Source of the DNA: Dehalococcoidia bacterium
GTDB taxonomy: Bacteria; Chloroflexota; Dehalococcoidia; UBA2979
Reading direction: 5' to 3'
Assembly (NCBI GenBank): GCA_965207415.1
Contig: CBDBMD010000003.1
Coordinates: 2,401,225-2,465,224, forward strand
Length of the DNA: 64,000 nucleotides
This document shows positions 8,818 through 17,197 of this stretch, piece after piece. Under the pieces are notes generated by a model. The model did not search any database. It had not been told where the DNA came from and saw nothing but the letters and a program-made list of their open reading frames with translations. Positions within the stretch are counted from its first letter, which is position 1, and each line of letters starts with the position of its first letter. Position numbers and translations under genes: made by a program.

Positions 8818-10065
8818 CTAGATCACTCCCTCGCGGCGCAGCGCCTCGAGCTCGTCCGCGGCGAGGCCGAGCGCGCCGTAGACCTCGGCGTTGTGTTCGC
8901 CGGTGAGCGGGGCGCGGCGGGTCGTGCCGAGCGGGGTCTCGGACCAGATGCCCCATGCGCCGGAGTAGCGGAAGCGCTCGCCCAGCTCGGGGTGCTCGAT
9001 CTCCTGCCAGTAGCCGCGATCCTCCCAGTGCGGATCGGGGAGGATCTCGTCGAGGCTCCGCACGGCGCCCCAGGCGTGCCCGCGCTCCTGCGCGCCCCGG
9101 TAGGCCTCCTCGGCGGGCACGTTCGGGAAGAAGTCGCGCAGCACGTCGCTGATGTGGTTCTGCTCCTCCACGATCTGCTGCTGCTCGGCGAAACGCTCGT
9201 CCAGCAGGTCGTCCGCGGCGCCGTACTGGTCCAGCCACTCGCCGATGCTCAGGAGCTGCTCGGGCGAGAGCCGCTGGTTGAACATCGCGTTCACGTACTT
9301 GCCGTCGGCGCACTGGAACTGCGTGCGCGGGCGCGGCAGCGACCATGCGGCGTGGCGGCCCGTCTGCCGGCGCAGCTCGCGCCCGGTGGCGAAGTAGATC
9401 GGCACCGCCATCTCCGTCGTCAGCGCGCAGGCGTCGTGGATCGAGACGTCGAGGAACTGCCCCTCGCCCGTGAACTCACGATCGAGCAGCGCGGTGGCGA
9501 TCGCCAGCAGCGCGTAGTGGCCGCCAATGTGCCAGGCGTTGCCGCCGCCCGGCGCTATCGGCGGGGCGTCCGGGGCCTCGTCCTCGTCGTAGCCGGAGGA
9601 GGCCATCTGCCCGCCGGCGGCCATGTGCACGAGGTCCGTCGCGATGTAGTCGCGCCAGGGCCCCTCTTGCCCGAACGGCGAGAGCGAGCAGTAGATCAGC
9701 TCCGGGTCCGCGCCTCGCAGCTCCTCCGGCCCGAGGCCCAGCGCCGGCAGGGTGCCGGGGCGCGTGGTCTCCAGCAGCACGTCGGCCCCGGCGACAAGCG
9801 AGCGGAACAGCTCGGCGCCGCGCGGGTCCTCGAGGTCCAGCGTGACGCCGCGCTTGCCGCAGTTGTAGTGCCAGAAGGAGAGCGAGCGCTCGCGGTGCGG
9901 CTCGTCGTGGTAGTAGGGGCCGACCTCGCGCTCGTCCGAGCCGCCCGGCGGCTCGACCTTGATGACGTCGGCGCCCAGCTCGGCGAGCAGGCGGCCGCAC
10001 CAGCGACTCGCCTCGCCTCCGAGCTCGACGACGCGCAGGTCGGCGAAGGGCAACTCTCCGCTCAT
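8818..10065 (-). CDS. Family III CoA-transferase (catalytic Asp retained)
   Basis: ATG at 10065 gives 415 aa starting MSGELPFADLRVVELGGEASRWCGRLLAELGADVIKVEPPGG. The Asp-motif region reads IATDLVHMAAGG. The start overlaps the upstream stop by 4 nt. Confidence 0.88.
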   Translation of the reverse strand: MSGELPFADLRVVELGGEASRWCGRLLAELGADVIKVEPPGGSDEREVGPYYHDEPHRERSLSFWHYNCGKRGVTLDLEDPRGAELFRSLVAGADVLLETTRPGTLPALGLGPEELRGADPELIYCSLSPFGQEGPWRDYIATDLVHMAAGGQMASSGYDEDEAPDAPPIAPGGGNAWHIGGHYALLAIATALLDREFTGEGQFLDVSIHDACALTTEMAVPIYFATGRELRRQTGRHAAWSLPRPRTQFQCADGKYVNAMFNQRLSPEQLLSIGEWLDQYGAADDLLDERFAEQQQIVEEQNHISDVLRDFFPNVPAEEAYRGAQERGHAWGAVRSLDEILPDPHWEDRGYWQEIEHPELGERFRYSGAWGIWSETPLGTTRRAPLTGEHNAEVYGALGLAADELEALRREGVI

Positions 10066-11423
10066 GACGCCTCCTCCGTCCCGGCCTCCGCGGCCTCGTC
10101 GAGCAGGTAGGGCTCGAGCGGCTCGCTCGGCGGCCAGAGCCAGCCATCCTCGTAGCCGCCGCGCAGCTCCTCCTCGCTCAGGCCGAGCATGCCGCACAGC
10201 ACCTCGCGGTTGTGCTGGCCGGCGAACGGCGCGACGCGCCGCGCCGTGGTCTCGTTCACGGCGGACTGCCACGGCAGGTTCTGGTAGCCCCGCTCGCCCA
10301 CTACGGGGTGATCGTGATGCGAGAAGAGGCCGCGCTGGCGGATCTGCGGGTCGTGCTCGACGCGGTTCTCGTTGCTCTGCACCGGCATCGCCGGCACGCC
10401 CGCCGCCTGGCAGCGCTCGGCCAGTTCGTACTTGCCGAGGGTCAGCGTCCACGCCTCGATCCGCTCGTCGAGCGCCTCCTGGTGCTCGAGCCGGCCCTCG
10501 AGGCCGTCGAAGCGCGCCTCGGCGGCCCACTCCGGCGAACCCATGACCTCTTGCAACGCCTGCCAGTCGGCGTCGTCGCGGCAGACGATGGCGCACCAGT
10601 CGTTGTAGCCGCCGCCTGCCGTGCGGTAGGCGTTGTGCGGGGCGGCGATCGCGCCGCGATAGTTGTGCAGCAGCGGCGTACCGGGCCAGTGCGCGCGGTT
10701 GCCGGGCGGGAAGCCCTCGCGGCGCGCGGGCCGCCCGTTCACCGTCGCGTCGAGGATCGCGGAGCCCGCGAGGCCGATCCCGAGCCCGGCCTGCGAGACG
10801 TCGATGTGCTGGCCGCGGCCGGTGCGCCTGCGCTGCCGCAGCGCGCTGAGGATCGCGATCGCTCCGAAAATGCCTCCCGTGTCGTCGAGGTAGGACCAGC
10901 CCCAGCCCGCGGGCGGCCGGTCCGGCAGCCCGGAGAGAAACGTCAGCCCGGAGAGCGCCTGCGCGCTGGGACCGAAGGTGCGGTAGGGATGATCGCGGCC
11001 GCTGTGGCCGAGGCCGGACATCGAGACGTAGACCAGGCCGGGGTTCAGCTCGCGCAGCTGCTCGTAGCCGAGCCCCCAGCGCTGCATCACGCGCGAGGTG
11101 AAGTTCTCCAGCACCGCGTCGGACTCGGCGAGCAGCCGCCTCAGCAGCTCTCGCGCGCGCTCGTCGCGCAGGTTCATCGTGACGCTGCGCTTGTCCATGT
11201 GCTTCTCGACGAACCAGTGATTGCCCTCCAGACTCGGTACGGCGTCCTCCGGCATCCCGACGGTGGTGAAGCGGTCCTGGTGGTGGACCGTCCCGCGCTG
11301 CGGCCACTCCACCTTGATCACGTCCGCCCCGAGCGTCGCGAGGATGCGCGTCGCCCATGGCCCCGCGCGCACCCAACTGAGGTCGACGATGCGCATGCCC
11401 TCGAGCGCGAGTCGCTTCGTCAT
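10062..11423 (-). CDS. Family III CoA-transferase-like subunit (Asp position is Gly)
   Basis: 453 aa with MRIVDLSWVRAGPWATRILATLGADVIKVE. The motif region reads RTFGPSAQALSGL where canonical members have G[FY]D. It has 4-nt overlaps with both neighbours. Confidence 0.85.
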   Translation of the reverse strand: MTKRLALEGMRIVDLSWVRAGPWATRILATLGADVIKVEWPQRGTVHHQDRFTTVGMPEDAVPSLEGNHWFVEKHMDKRSVTMNLRDERARELLRRLLAESDAVLENFTSRVMQRWGLGYEQLRELNPGLVYVSMSGLGHSGRDHPYRTFGPSAQALSGLTFLSGLPDRPPAGWGWSYLDDTGGIFGAIAILSALRQRRRTGRGQHIDVSQAGLGIGLAGSAILDATVNGRPARREGFPPGNRAHWPGTPLLHNYRGAIAAPHNAYRTAGGGYNDWCAIVCRDDADWQALQEVMGSPEWAAEARFDGLEGRLEHQEALDERIEAWTLTLGKYELAERCQAAGVPAMPVQSNENRVEHDPQIRQRGLFSHHDHPVVGERGYQNLPWQSAVNETTARRVAPFAGQHNREVLCGMLGLSEEELRGGYEDGWLWPPSEPLEPYLLDEAAEAGTEEAS

Positions 11424-11923
11424 GCCGGCGCCTCCGATCGCTCCAGCTCCGCGTCGAGCCGCCAGGCGGTCGTGCCGTCGGCTGCCCCGAGGGCGCGCCA
11501 GGCGGGCACGGTGTAGGCGCCGTCCGGCGCTTCCTCCCAGGCGACCTCGACCGCGACGCCCACGCCCGCCGCGTCCTCGCCGTCGAGCAGCAGCCCGGCC
11601 AGCCGCACGGGCTCGCCGTCCTCGTTCGCGCAGTCCGGCAGCTCGACGAGAGCGACGACGTAGGGAGCGGCGGGGCGGAAGGCGGGGAGCACCGAGTGCG
11701 CGACGACCACGTAGCTGGCGATCACGCCGCGGCCTTCGGCCTCGTGCCAGGTGAGGTCGAAGGAGCGGCAGCGCGGGCAGAGCGGCGCGGGTGGATACCA
11801 GCGCTGCCCGCAGTCGGCGCAGGCCCGCACGAGCAGCCGCTGCTCGCGCGCCGCCGCCCAGAACTCCTCCGAGTCCGGGTCCGGCTGCAGCGCGATCAGC
11901 GAGTAGTCGACGGCTCCCTGCAT
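11420..11923 (-). CDS. DUF35 OB-fold/Zn-ribbon acyl-CoA-associated protein
   Basis: ATG at 11923, 167 aa. Zn ribbon CADCGQRWYPPAPLCPRC followed by an OB-fold region. Confidence 0.85.
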   Translation of the reverse strand: MQGAVDYSLIALQPDPDSEEFWAAAREQRLLVRACADCGQRWYPPAPLCPRCRSFDLTWHEAEGRGVIASYVVVAHSVLPAFRPAAPYVVALVELPDCANEDGEPVRLAGLLLDGEDAAGVGVAVEVAWEEAPDGAYTVPAWRALGAADGTTAWRLDAELERSEAPA

Positions 11924-11951
11924 CTGCCTCCCCGTCCTGTCCCTGTCGTCC

Positions 11952-13253
11952 TCAACGCCGCAGCACCACGGTCCAGCCCTGCTGCGCGCCGCCGCCGCCC
12001 GCGCAGAAGGCGACGCTCGGCGGGCTCGGGTGCTCGACCGGCTCGCCGCGCGCGCGGCGGCGGCGATCCTCGCGCGCGAGGGCCTGCCGACAGCCCTGCG
12101 CGCGGTCGTGCGTGTGCTCGCCCTGCCGCCAGCCCTCGCACAGGTCATCGGTGCGGCCGCGCAGCTGGCGCGCGCTCTCGATCAGGTAGCCGATGCCGTG
12201 CGCGTAGCCCTCGGAGAGTTGGCCGCCGTTGGTGTTCTGCGGCAACTCGCCGTCGAGGTGGATGCGCCCGCCGCCGACGAAGTCGCCGCCCTCACCCTCG
12301 CCGCAGAAGCCGAAGGCCTCCAGGTACATCATCGGCGTGGTGGTGAAGTTGTCGTACATCGTCACGATGTCGACATCCTCGGGGCCGATGCCGGCGCTGC
12401 CGAAGGAGCGCTCGCGCACGAACTTGCCCCAGCCCTCGGTCATGTCGGGGCGGCCCCAGGTCCAGTTGGGGTTGTGGGTGGAGGCGCGCGCGCAACCGCC
12501 CATGATGTAGACCGGCGGCTGATCGAGGTCGGCGGCGCGCTCCGCCGAGGTCACGATTAGCGCCCCGGCAACGTCGTTCTCCTGGCAGCAGTCGAGCAAC
12601 CGGAACGGCTTGGCGATCCAGCGCGAGTTCTGGTGGTCGTCGATGCTGATCGCCTCGCGGCGCGTCGCCTTCGGGTTGAGTGTCGCCGCGAAGCGCTGCG
12701 TCACGGCGAGGTCGGCCATGTGCAGCGTGCTGTAGCCGTAGCGCTGGAGGTAGGCCATCGCCTCGAAGGCGTAGATCGTCGGCGCGCCGCGGATGCCGAA
12801 CGGAAGCTGGTACTGCGCGCGACCGCCGGCGGCGACCGGCTGCGGCCTCGGCGCCTCGCCGCCGCGCGTCGCCGCGCCGCCGCCCATGCGCAGGCCGGAG
12901 CGCCCGTTCATCGAGCGCCAGACCGCCACCGTCTCGCAGTAGCCGGCCTCGATCAGCGCGATCGACTGCGCGACGAGCTGCCCGATGCTGTTGCCGCCAC
13001 CGAGGATGTCGACGCCCATGTTGGTGCGGATGCCGAGCGCCGAGGCGACCTCGGCGTTGCCGCAGGAGTCGCCGGCCGTCGCCTGGTGGCTGGCCAGCCC
13101 GTCGATCTCATCGACAGCCATGCCGGCGTCGGCCGCGGCCGTGACGATCGCCTCGCAGGCCATGGAGAGCGTCGTGCGGCCGGACCAGCGGGAGTACTCC
13201 GTCTCGCCGACGCCGACGATGCAGTAGCGGTCGCGCAGGCCGGATCCCTCCAC
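11952..13253 (-). CDS. Thiolase-like protein, SCP-x/Ltp/BbsB type
   Basis: 433 aa with a thiolase-like N-terminus CIVGVGETEYSR and GGQLSEGYAHG near the C-terminus. It is paired with a DUF35 gene 28 nt downstream. Confidence 0.85.
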   Translation of the reverse strand: MEGSGLRDRYCIVGVGETEYSRWSGRTTLSMACEAIVTAAADAGMAVDEIDGLASHQATAGDSCGNAEVASALGIRTNMGVDILGGGNSIGQLVAQSIALIEAGYCETVAVWRSMNGRSGLRMGGGAATRGGEAPRPQPVAAGGRAQYQLPFGIRGAPTIYAFEAMAYLQRYGYSTLHMADLAVTQRFAATLNPKATRREAISIDDHQNSRWIAKPFRLLDCCQENDVAGALIVTSAERAADLDQPPVYIMGGCARASTHNPNWTWGRPDMTEGWGKFVRERSFGSAGIGPEDVDIVTMYDNFTTTPMMYLEAFGFCGEGEGGDFVGGGRIHLDGELPQNTNGGQLSEGYAHGIGYLIESARQLRGRTDDLCEGWRQGEHTHDRAQGCRQALAREDRRRRARGEPVEHPSPPSVAFCAGGGGAQQGWTVVLRR

Positions 13254-13284
13254 CGCCGCTGCCCTTCCCCGTGCCCCGAGGGCG

Positions 13285-14142
13285 CTACGGCGCGTCCGCG
13301 CTCCCGGCGACCGCGAGCGGGAGCACCTCGTTCATCGAGCCGGAGCGGAAGCCCTCGAGGTCCACGGCGACGTAGGCGAAGCCCGCGCTCTTCACGGCGG
13401 CGACGATCTGCACGCGCAGCGGCTCGGCGAGCGCGCGCGCCAGCTCCTCGGCGCCGAACTCGACGCGCGCGACACGGTCGTGGTGGCGCACCCGCAGCTC
13501 GCGCAGGCCGAGCACGCGGAGCGCCAGCTCCGCCTCGGCGATCTGGCGCAGCTTCTCCGGTGTGACCTCGCTGCCGTAGGGGATGCGCGAGGCGAGACAC
13601 GCCATCGCCGGCTTGTCCCAGGTGGGCACGCCGAGCCGCTTCGCCAGCGCGCGCACGTCGCCCTTCGTGAAACCGGCCTCGGCGAGCGGGCTGCGTACGC
13701 CGTGCGCCTTCGCGGCGCGGCGGCCGGGCCGGAAGTCGCCGCTGTCGTCGGCGTTCGCGCCATCGAGGACCACGGCGTCACCGAGGTCCTCGCGAGCCAG
13801 CGCGTCGAGCAGCGAGTAGAGCTCGTCCTTGCACTCGAAGCAGCGCTCCGGAGAGTTCTCGACGTAACCGGGCCGGTCGATCTCGTTGGTGTCGATCTCG
13901 CGGTGTGCGATGCCGATCGCGGCCGCGACGCGGCGTGCCTCCTCGCGCTCGCTCGGGGCAAGCGAGTGCGAGACGCCGGTCACGGCGAGCGCGCGATCGC
14001 CGAGCGCCTCGACGGCGGCGGCGGCGAGCAGGCTGGAGTCGACACCGCCGGAGAAGGCGACGACGGCGCGCGGTAGCGCGGACAGCAGGCGTCGCAGCTC
14101 GTCAGCCCGGGCATCGAGGTCGCGTGCGTCCTGATCGTCCAT
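13285..14142 (-). CDS. larE: LarE, ATP-dependent sacrificial sulfur transferase (PP-loop)
   Basis: 285 aa. PP-loop VVAFSGGVDSS, and ACLASRIPYG with a Cys at the LarE sacrificial-Cys position. Confidence 0.85.
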   Translation of the reverse strand: MDDQDARDLDARADELRRLLSALPRAVVAFSGGVDSSLLAAAAVEALGDRALAVTGVSHSLAPSEREEARRVAAAIGIAHREIDTNEIDRPGYVENSPERCFECKDELYSLLDALAREDLGDAVVLDGANADDSGDFRPGRRAAKAHGVRSPLAEAGFTKGDVRALAKRLGVPTWDKPAMACLASRIPYGSEVTPEKLRQIAEAELALRVLGLRELRVRHHDRVARVEFGAEELARALAEPLRVQIVAAVKSAGFAYVAVDLEGFRSGSMNEVLPLAVAGSADAP

Positions 14143-14173
14143 CGCTCATCCTCGTGCGGCGGCGGGGTCCGCC

Positions 14174-15085
14174 GTGGGCCGCCGCCGCTGTAGTCTATCG
14201 CAGCGGCGGCTGACCGCCTCGCGCCCGCGCGGGCGCGGGTGCGCGCGGTACGCCGCCGAGGGGTGGGGGTGCGACCTGGTCGAGCAGACGGCACAGTCGG
14301 GCGCACAGCCGGAGACGGAACTGGATGCGCTGCTGGAGCGGGTCGCGCGGGGTGAAGTGAGCCCGGGCGACGCCGCCGACCGGCTGCGCGCGCTGCCGGT
14401 CGAGGATCTCGGCTTCGCCCGCCTCGATCACCATCGCGCGATCCGCGACGTCCTCCCGGAGGTCGTGCTCGCCGAGGGCAAGACCGCGCAGCAGGCCGTC
14501 GCCGCGGGCTGCGCGATCCTCGAGCGCGCCGGCTGCCTGCTCGTCACCCGCGCCTCCGAGGAGACTGCGCAGGCCCTGCAGGCCGCGATCCCGGACCTGC
14601 GCCGCCACCCACCCTCGACGACGCTGAGCGTGGACCACAGGCCGCCGCGTACGCCGCGCAGTGGCGTCGTCATCGCCAGCGGCGGGACCGCCGACCTCGC
14701 CGTCGTCGAGGAGGCGGCGGCGACCTGCGCGCTGATGGGGCACGAGGTGGAGCGGATCGTCGACGTCGGCGTGGCGGGCATCCACCGCGTGCTCGCGGAG
14801 ACGGCGGCGCTGCGCGGGGCGAACGTGATCGTCGTCGTCGCGGGCATGGACGGTGCGCTGCCCAGCGTCGTCGCCGGCCTCACCGCCACGCCGGTGATCG
14901 CCGTGCCTACAAGCAACGGCTACGGCGCGGCCTTCGAGGGCCTCGCGCCGCTCCTGACGATGCTCAACGCCTGCGCGACGGGCGTCTCCGTGGTGAACAT
15001 CGACAACGGCTTCGGCGCGGGCTACATCGCTGCGCTGATCAACGAGCAGGCGTGGTCCGGGCCACCGGACCCCGCCAACGGATAG
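14174..15085 (+). CDS. larB: LarB, pyridinium-3,5-biscarboxylic acid mononucleotide synthase
   Basis: PurE-like core: VVIASGGTADLAVVEEA, VVVAGMDGALPSVVAGL and VIAVPTSNGYG. LarB-type N-terminal region LGFARLDHHR. GTG 14174 is the only canonical in-frame start upstream of the conserved N-terminus, so the start is uncertain. Confidence 0.82.
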   Translation: MGRRRCSLSQRRLTASRPRGRGCARYAAEGWGCDLVEQTAQSGAQPETELDALLERVARGEVSPGDAADRLRALPVEDLGFARLDHHRAIRDVLPEVVLAEGKTAQQAVAAGCAILERAGCLLVTRASEETAQALQAAIPDLRRHPPSTTLSVDHRPPRTPRSGVVIASGGTADLAVVEEAAATCALMGHEVERIVDVGVAGIHRVLAETAALRGANVIVVVAGMDGALPSVVAGLTATPVIAVPTSNGYGAAFEGLAPLLTMLNACATGVSVVNIDNGFGAGYIAALINEQAWSGPPDPANG

Positions 15086-15098
15086 CGAGCGACGAGCG

Positions 15099-16292
15099 AT
15101 GCGGGTCGCCTACGTCGATGCGCGCTTCGGGGCCGCGGGCGACATGCTGCTCGGCGCCGCCCTCGACGCGGGCGCGGACCTCGAGGCCGTGCGCGAGGCG
15201 CTGCACGCCCTGCCTGTCGAGGGCTGGTCGCTCGAGACGCACGCCGTGCGCCGCGCGGGCTTCGCCGCGACGAAGGCGGACGTCTCCGTCGAGACGCCGC
15301 AACCACCGAGGACGGCGAGCGAGATCGTCGCGATGATCGAGGCCGCCGCGCTGCCGCCGCGCGTGCGCGAGCGCGCCGTTGCCACCTTCGAGTTGCTGGG
15401 CAGCGCCGAGCGCGCCGTGCACGGCACGCCCGAGGGCGAGGACGCGCACCTCCACGAGGTCGGCGGCGTCGACGCGATCGTGGACATCGTCGGGACGTTC
15501 GCCGCCCTCGAGACGCTCGGTGTCGAGCGGATCTGCGCCAGCGGCCTGCCCGCGGGCGGCGGCACGGCGCGGGCCGCGCACGGCCGCCTGCCGGTCCCCG
15601 CACCCGCGGTGCTGGAGATCGCCGCGCGCAGCGGCGCAACACTGCTCGAGGCGCAGCCGAACGAACCGCCCTCGGAGCTGGTCACGCCGACGGCGATGGC
15701 GATCCTCGGCGCGGTCGCGGAGTTCGCGCGGCCCGCGCTGCGCCTTGAGCGCGTCGGCATCGGCGCCGGGACTCGCGACCCCGAGGGCTGGCCGAACGTG
15801 GTTCGCCTCTGGATCGGCGCGGCAGAGGCGAGCGCTACGGGCCGCGGCCTGCGCCCGATTGCGCTGCTGGAGACCAACGTCGACGACATGCCGGGCGAGC
15901 ACCTCCCCTTCCTCGAGGCGCGGCTGCGCGAGGCGGGCGCGCTCGACGTGTGGTGGACGGCGGTGCAGATGAAGAAGGGGCGGCCCGGCCTGCAGATCAC
16001 GGCGGTCGCCGCGCGCGAGGACGCGGACGCCGTCGCCGCCTCGCTGCTCGAGCACTCGCCGACGCTCGGGGTGCGCGCGACGGAGCTGCTGCGCTACGAG
16101 GCGGAGCGCGAGGTCTTCGAGTTCGAGAGCTCGCTCGGCCCGGCCGCGGTGAAGGTCAAGCGCCTGCCCGGCGCGCCGCCTCGCGCGGCCCCGGAGTACG
16201 AGAGCGCGCGCGCCCTCGCCGAGCGCAGCGGCCTCCCAATCGCCGAGGTCTACGCACTGCTGGAGGCGGAAGCCCTCGCTCGGCTGGAGTAG
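15099..16292 (+). CDS. larC: LarC, nickel insertion protein (DUF111), single full-length ORF
   Basis: 397 aa. Motifs: MRVAYVDARFGAAGDMLLGAALDAG and HLHEVGGVDAIVDIVG. Confidence 0.85.
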   Translation: MRVAYVDARFGAAGDMLLGAALDAGADLEAVREALHALPVEGWSLETHAVRRAGFAATKADVSVETPQPPRTASEIVAMIEAAALPPRVRERAVATFELLGSAERAVHGTPEGEDAHLHEVGGVDAIVDIVGTFAALETLGVERICASGLPAGGGTARAAHGRLPVPAPAVLEIAARSGATLLEAQPNEPPSELVTPTAMAILGAVAEFARPALRLERVGIGAGTRDPEGWPNVVRLWIGAAEASATGRGLRPIALLETNVDDMPGEHLPFLEARLREAGALDVWWTAVQMKKGRPGLQITAVAAREDADAVAASLLEHSPTLGVRATELLRYEAEREVFEFESSLGPAAVKVKRLPGAPPRAAPEYESARALAERSGLPIAEVYALLEAEALARLE

Positions 16293-16307
16293 GTGGGCGG
16301 CCTTGGG

Positions 16308-16811
16308 TCAGGACGCCCACTCGAGGACGAGGTCGTCCGCCGGCATGTTGAAATCGAGGCGCAACTCGCTCAGGAGGTCGCGGCCCAGCAGCGACGGGAC
16401 GGGCCGAGCCGAGCGCCCCAGCTCGATGTGGACGCGTACGCGCGCCAGGAGCCGTCCGCCTTCCTCGGTATCGAACACGAGCGCGGCGTCCTCACTACCG
16501 TACTCAACACGCGCGCCGGCGATCCCCGTTGCCTCAACATCGCCCTGAAACGACGCGTCTGCCGCGAGTGGGCGCCCGTCCGGTGCAAGAAGCCGTCGAC
16601 GATCGTTCCAGTGGATGATCGTGGTGTCCGCGCCCGTGTCCACGATGAACGGGACGCGCGCGTGGTCACGCCGAAGCGGGGCAGGACGATCTGCGCATCC
16701 ACGTACGGGCGTCGGGCAGCGCCCCTGAACGAGCCCCTTACGCTCGGCATCGGCTTCCTGCAGCCAGCAACCAGACGGGCTCCTCGACGCACGCCTGGTG
16801 CAGGACCGCAC
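16308..16811 (-). CDS. Retropepsin-like (clan AA) aspartic protease; start unresolved
   Basis: Contains VPFIVDTGADTT (DTGA motif) and a C-terminal LLGRDLLSELRLDF. There is no ATG near the expected start. The listed start is an in-frame GTG that overlaps the upstream ORF by 74 nt. Confidence 0.55.
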   Translation of the reverse strand: MRSCTRRASRSPSGCWLQEADAERKGLVQGRCPTPVRGCADRPAPLRRDHARVPFIVDTGADTTIIHWNDRRRLLAPDGRPLAADASFQGDVEATGIAGARVEYGSEDAALVFDTEEGGRLLARVRVHIELGRSARPVPSLLGRDLLSELRLDFNMPADDLVLEWAS

Positions 16812-17064
16812 TTCGCAGATCTTCGCCAGCCTCCTGGAGCACGTCCATGACCTCGTCCGGATCATCCCCATGAGCGACAAGCTGCTGGCGGAGAATGACC
16901 ACCCATTGATCGGGGAACTGCCGCTTCAGCTCTTCGTGATGGGTCTCAATGTATTCCTGGTTGGCTTTGAACTGACGCATGCTCTCGCGCATTGCGTCTT
17001 CCCCGCCAAACGGTTCGAGCAACTCACGCGCTTCGTCTTCGGAAAGGATCCTGGCCACGACCAC
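16738..17064 (-). CDS. Small DUF5678-like protein (hypothetical)
   Basis: GTG start, 108 aa. The core FKANQEYIETHHEELKRQFPDQWVVILRQQLVAHGDDPDEV resembles DUF5678 proteins. Local GC is lower; the line at 16921 counts 50%. Confidence 0.5.
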   Translation of the reverse strand: MVVARILSEDEARELLEPFGGEDAMRESMRQFKANQEYIETHHEELKRQFPDQWVVILRQQLVAHGDDPDEVMDVLQEAGEDLRSAVLHQACVEEPVWLLAAGSRCRA

Positions 17065-17197
17065 CCCTCGAGCTCAGACGACAGCATAGCAGCACCTTGT
17101 CAGGCAGCCTATCCAGGAGCCGCCGTCCCAAGTCGACTCCCGGCTAGAATGCGTACGCCGCACGTGATAGCGGCGGCGAGCCGCGGGAGGTACGCGC

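Noticed and set aside
17098-17150. TTGTCA and TAGAAT hexamers upstream of the LLM gene at 17198 as a promoter.
   Set aside because: The hexamers are about 40 nt apart, and no acceptable -35 lies 16-18 nt upstream of TAGAAT.
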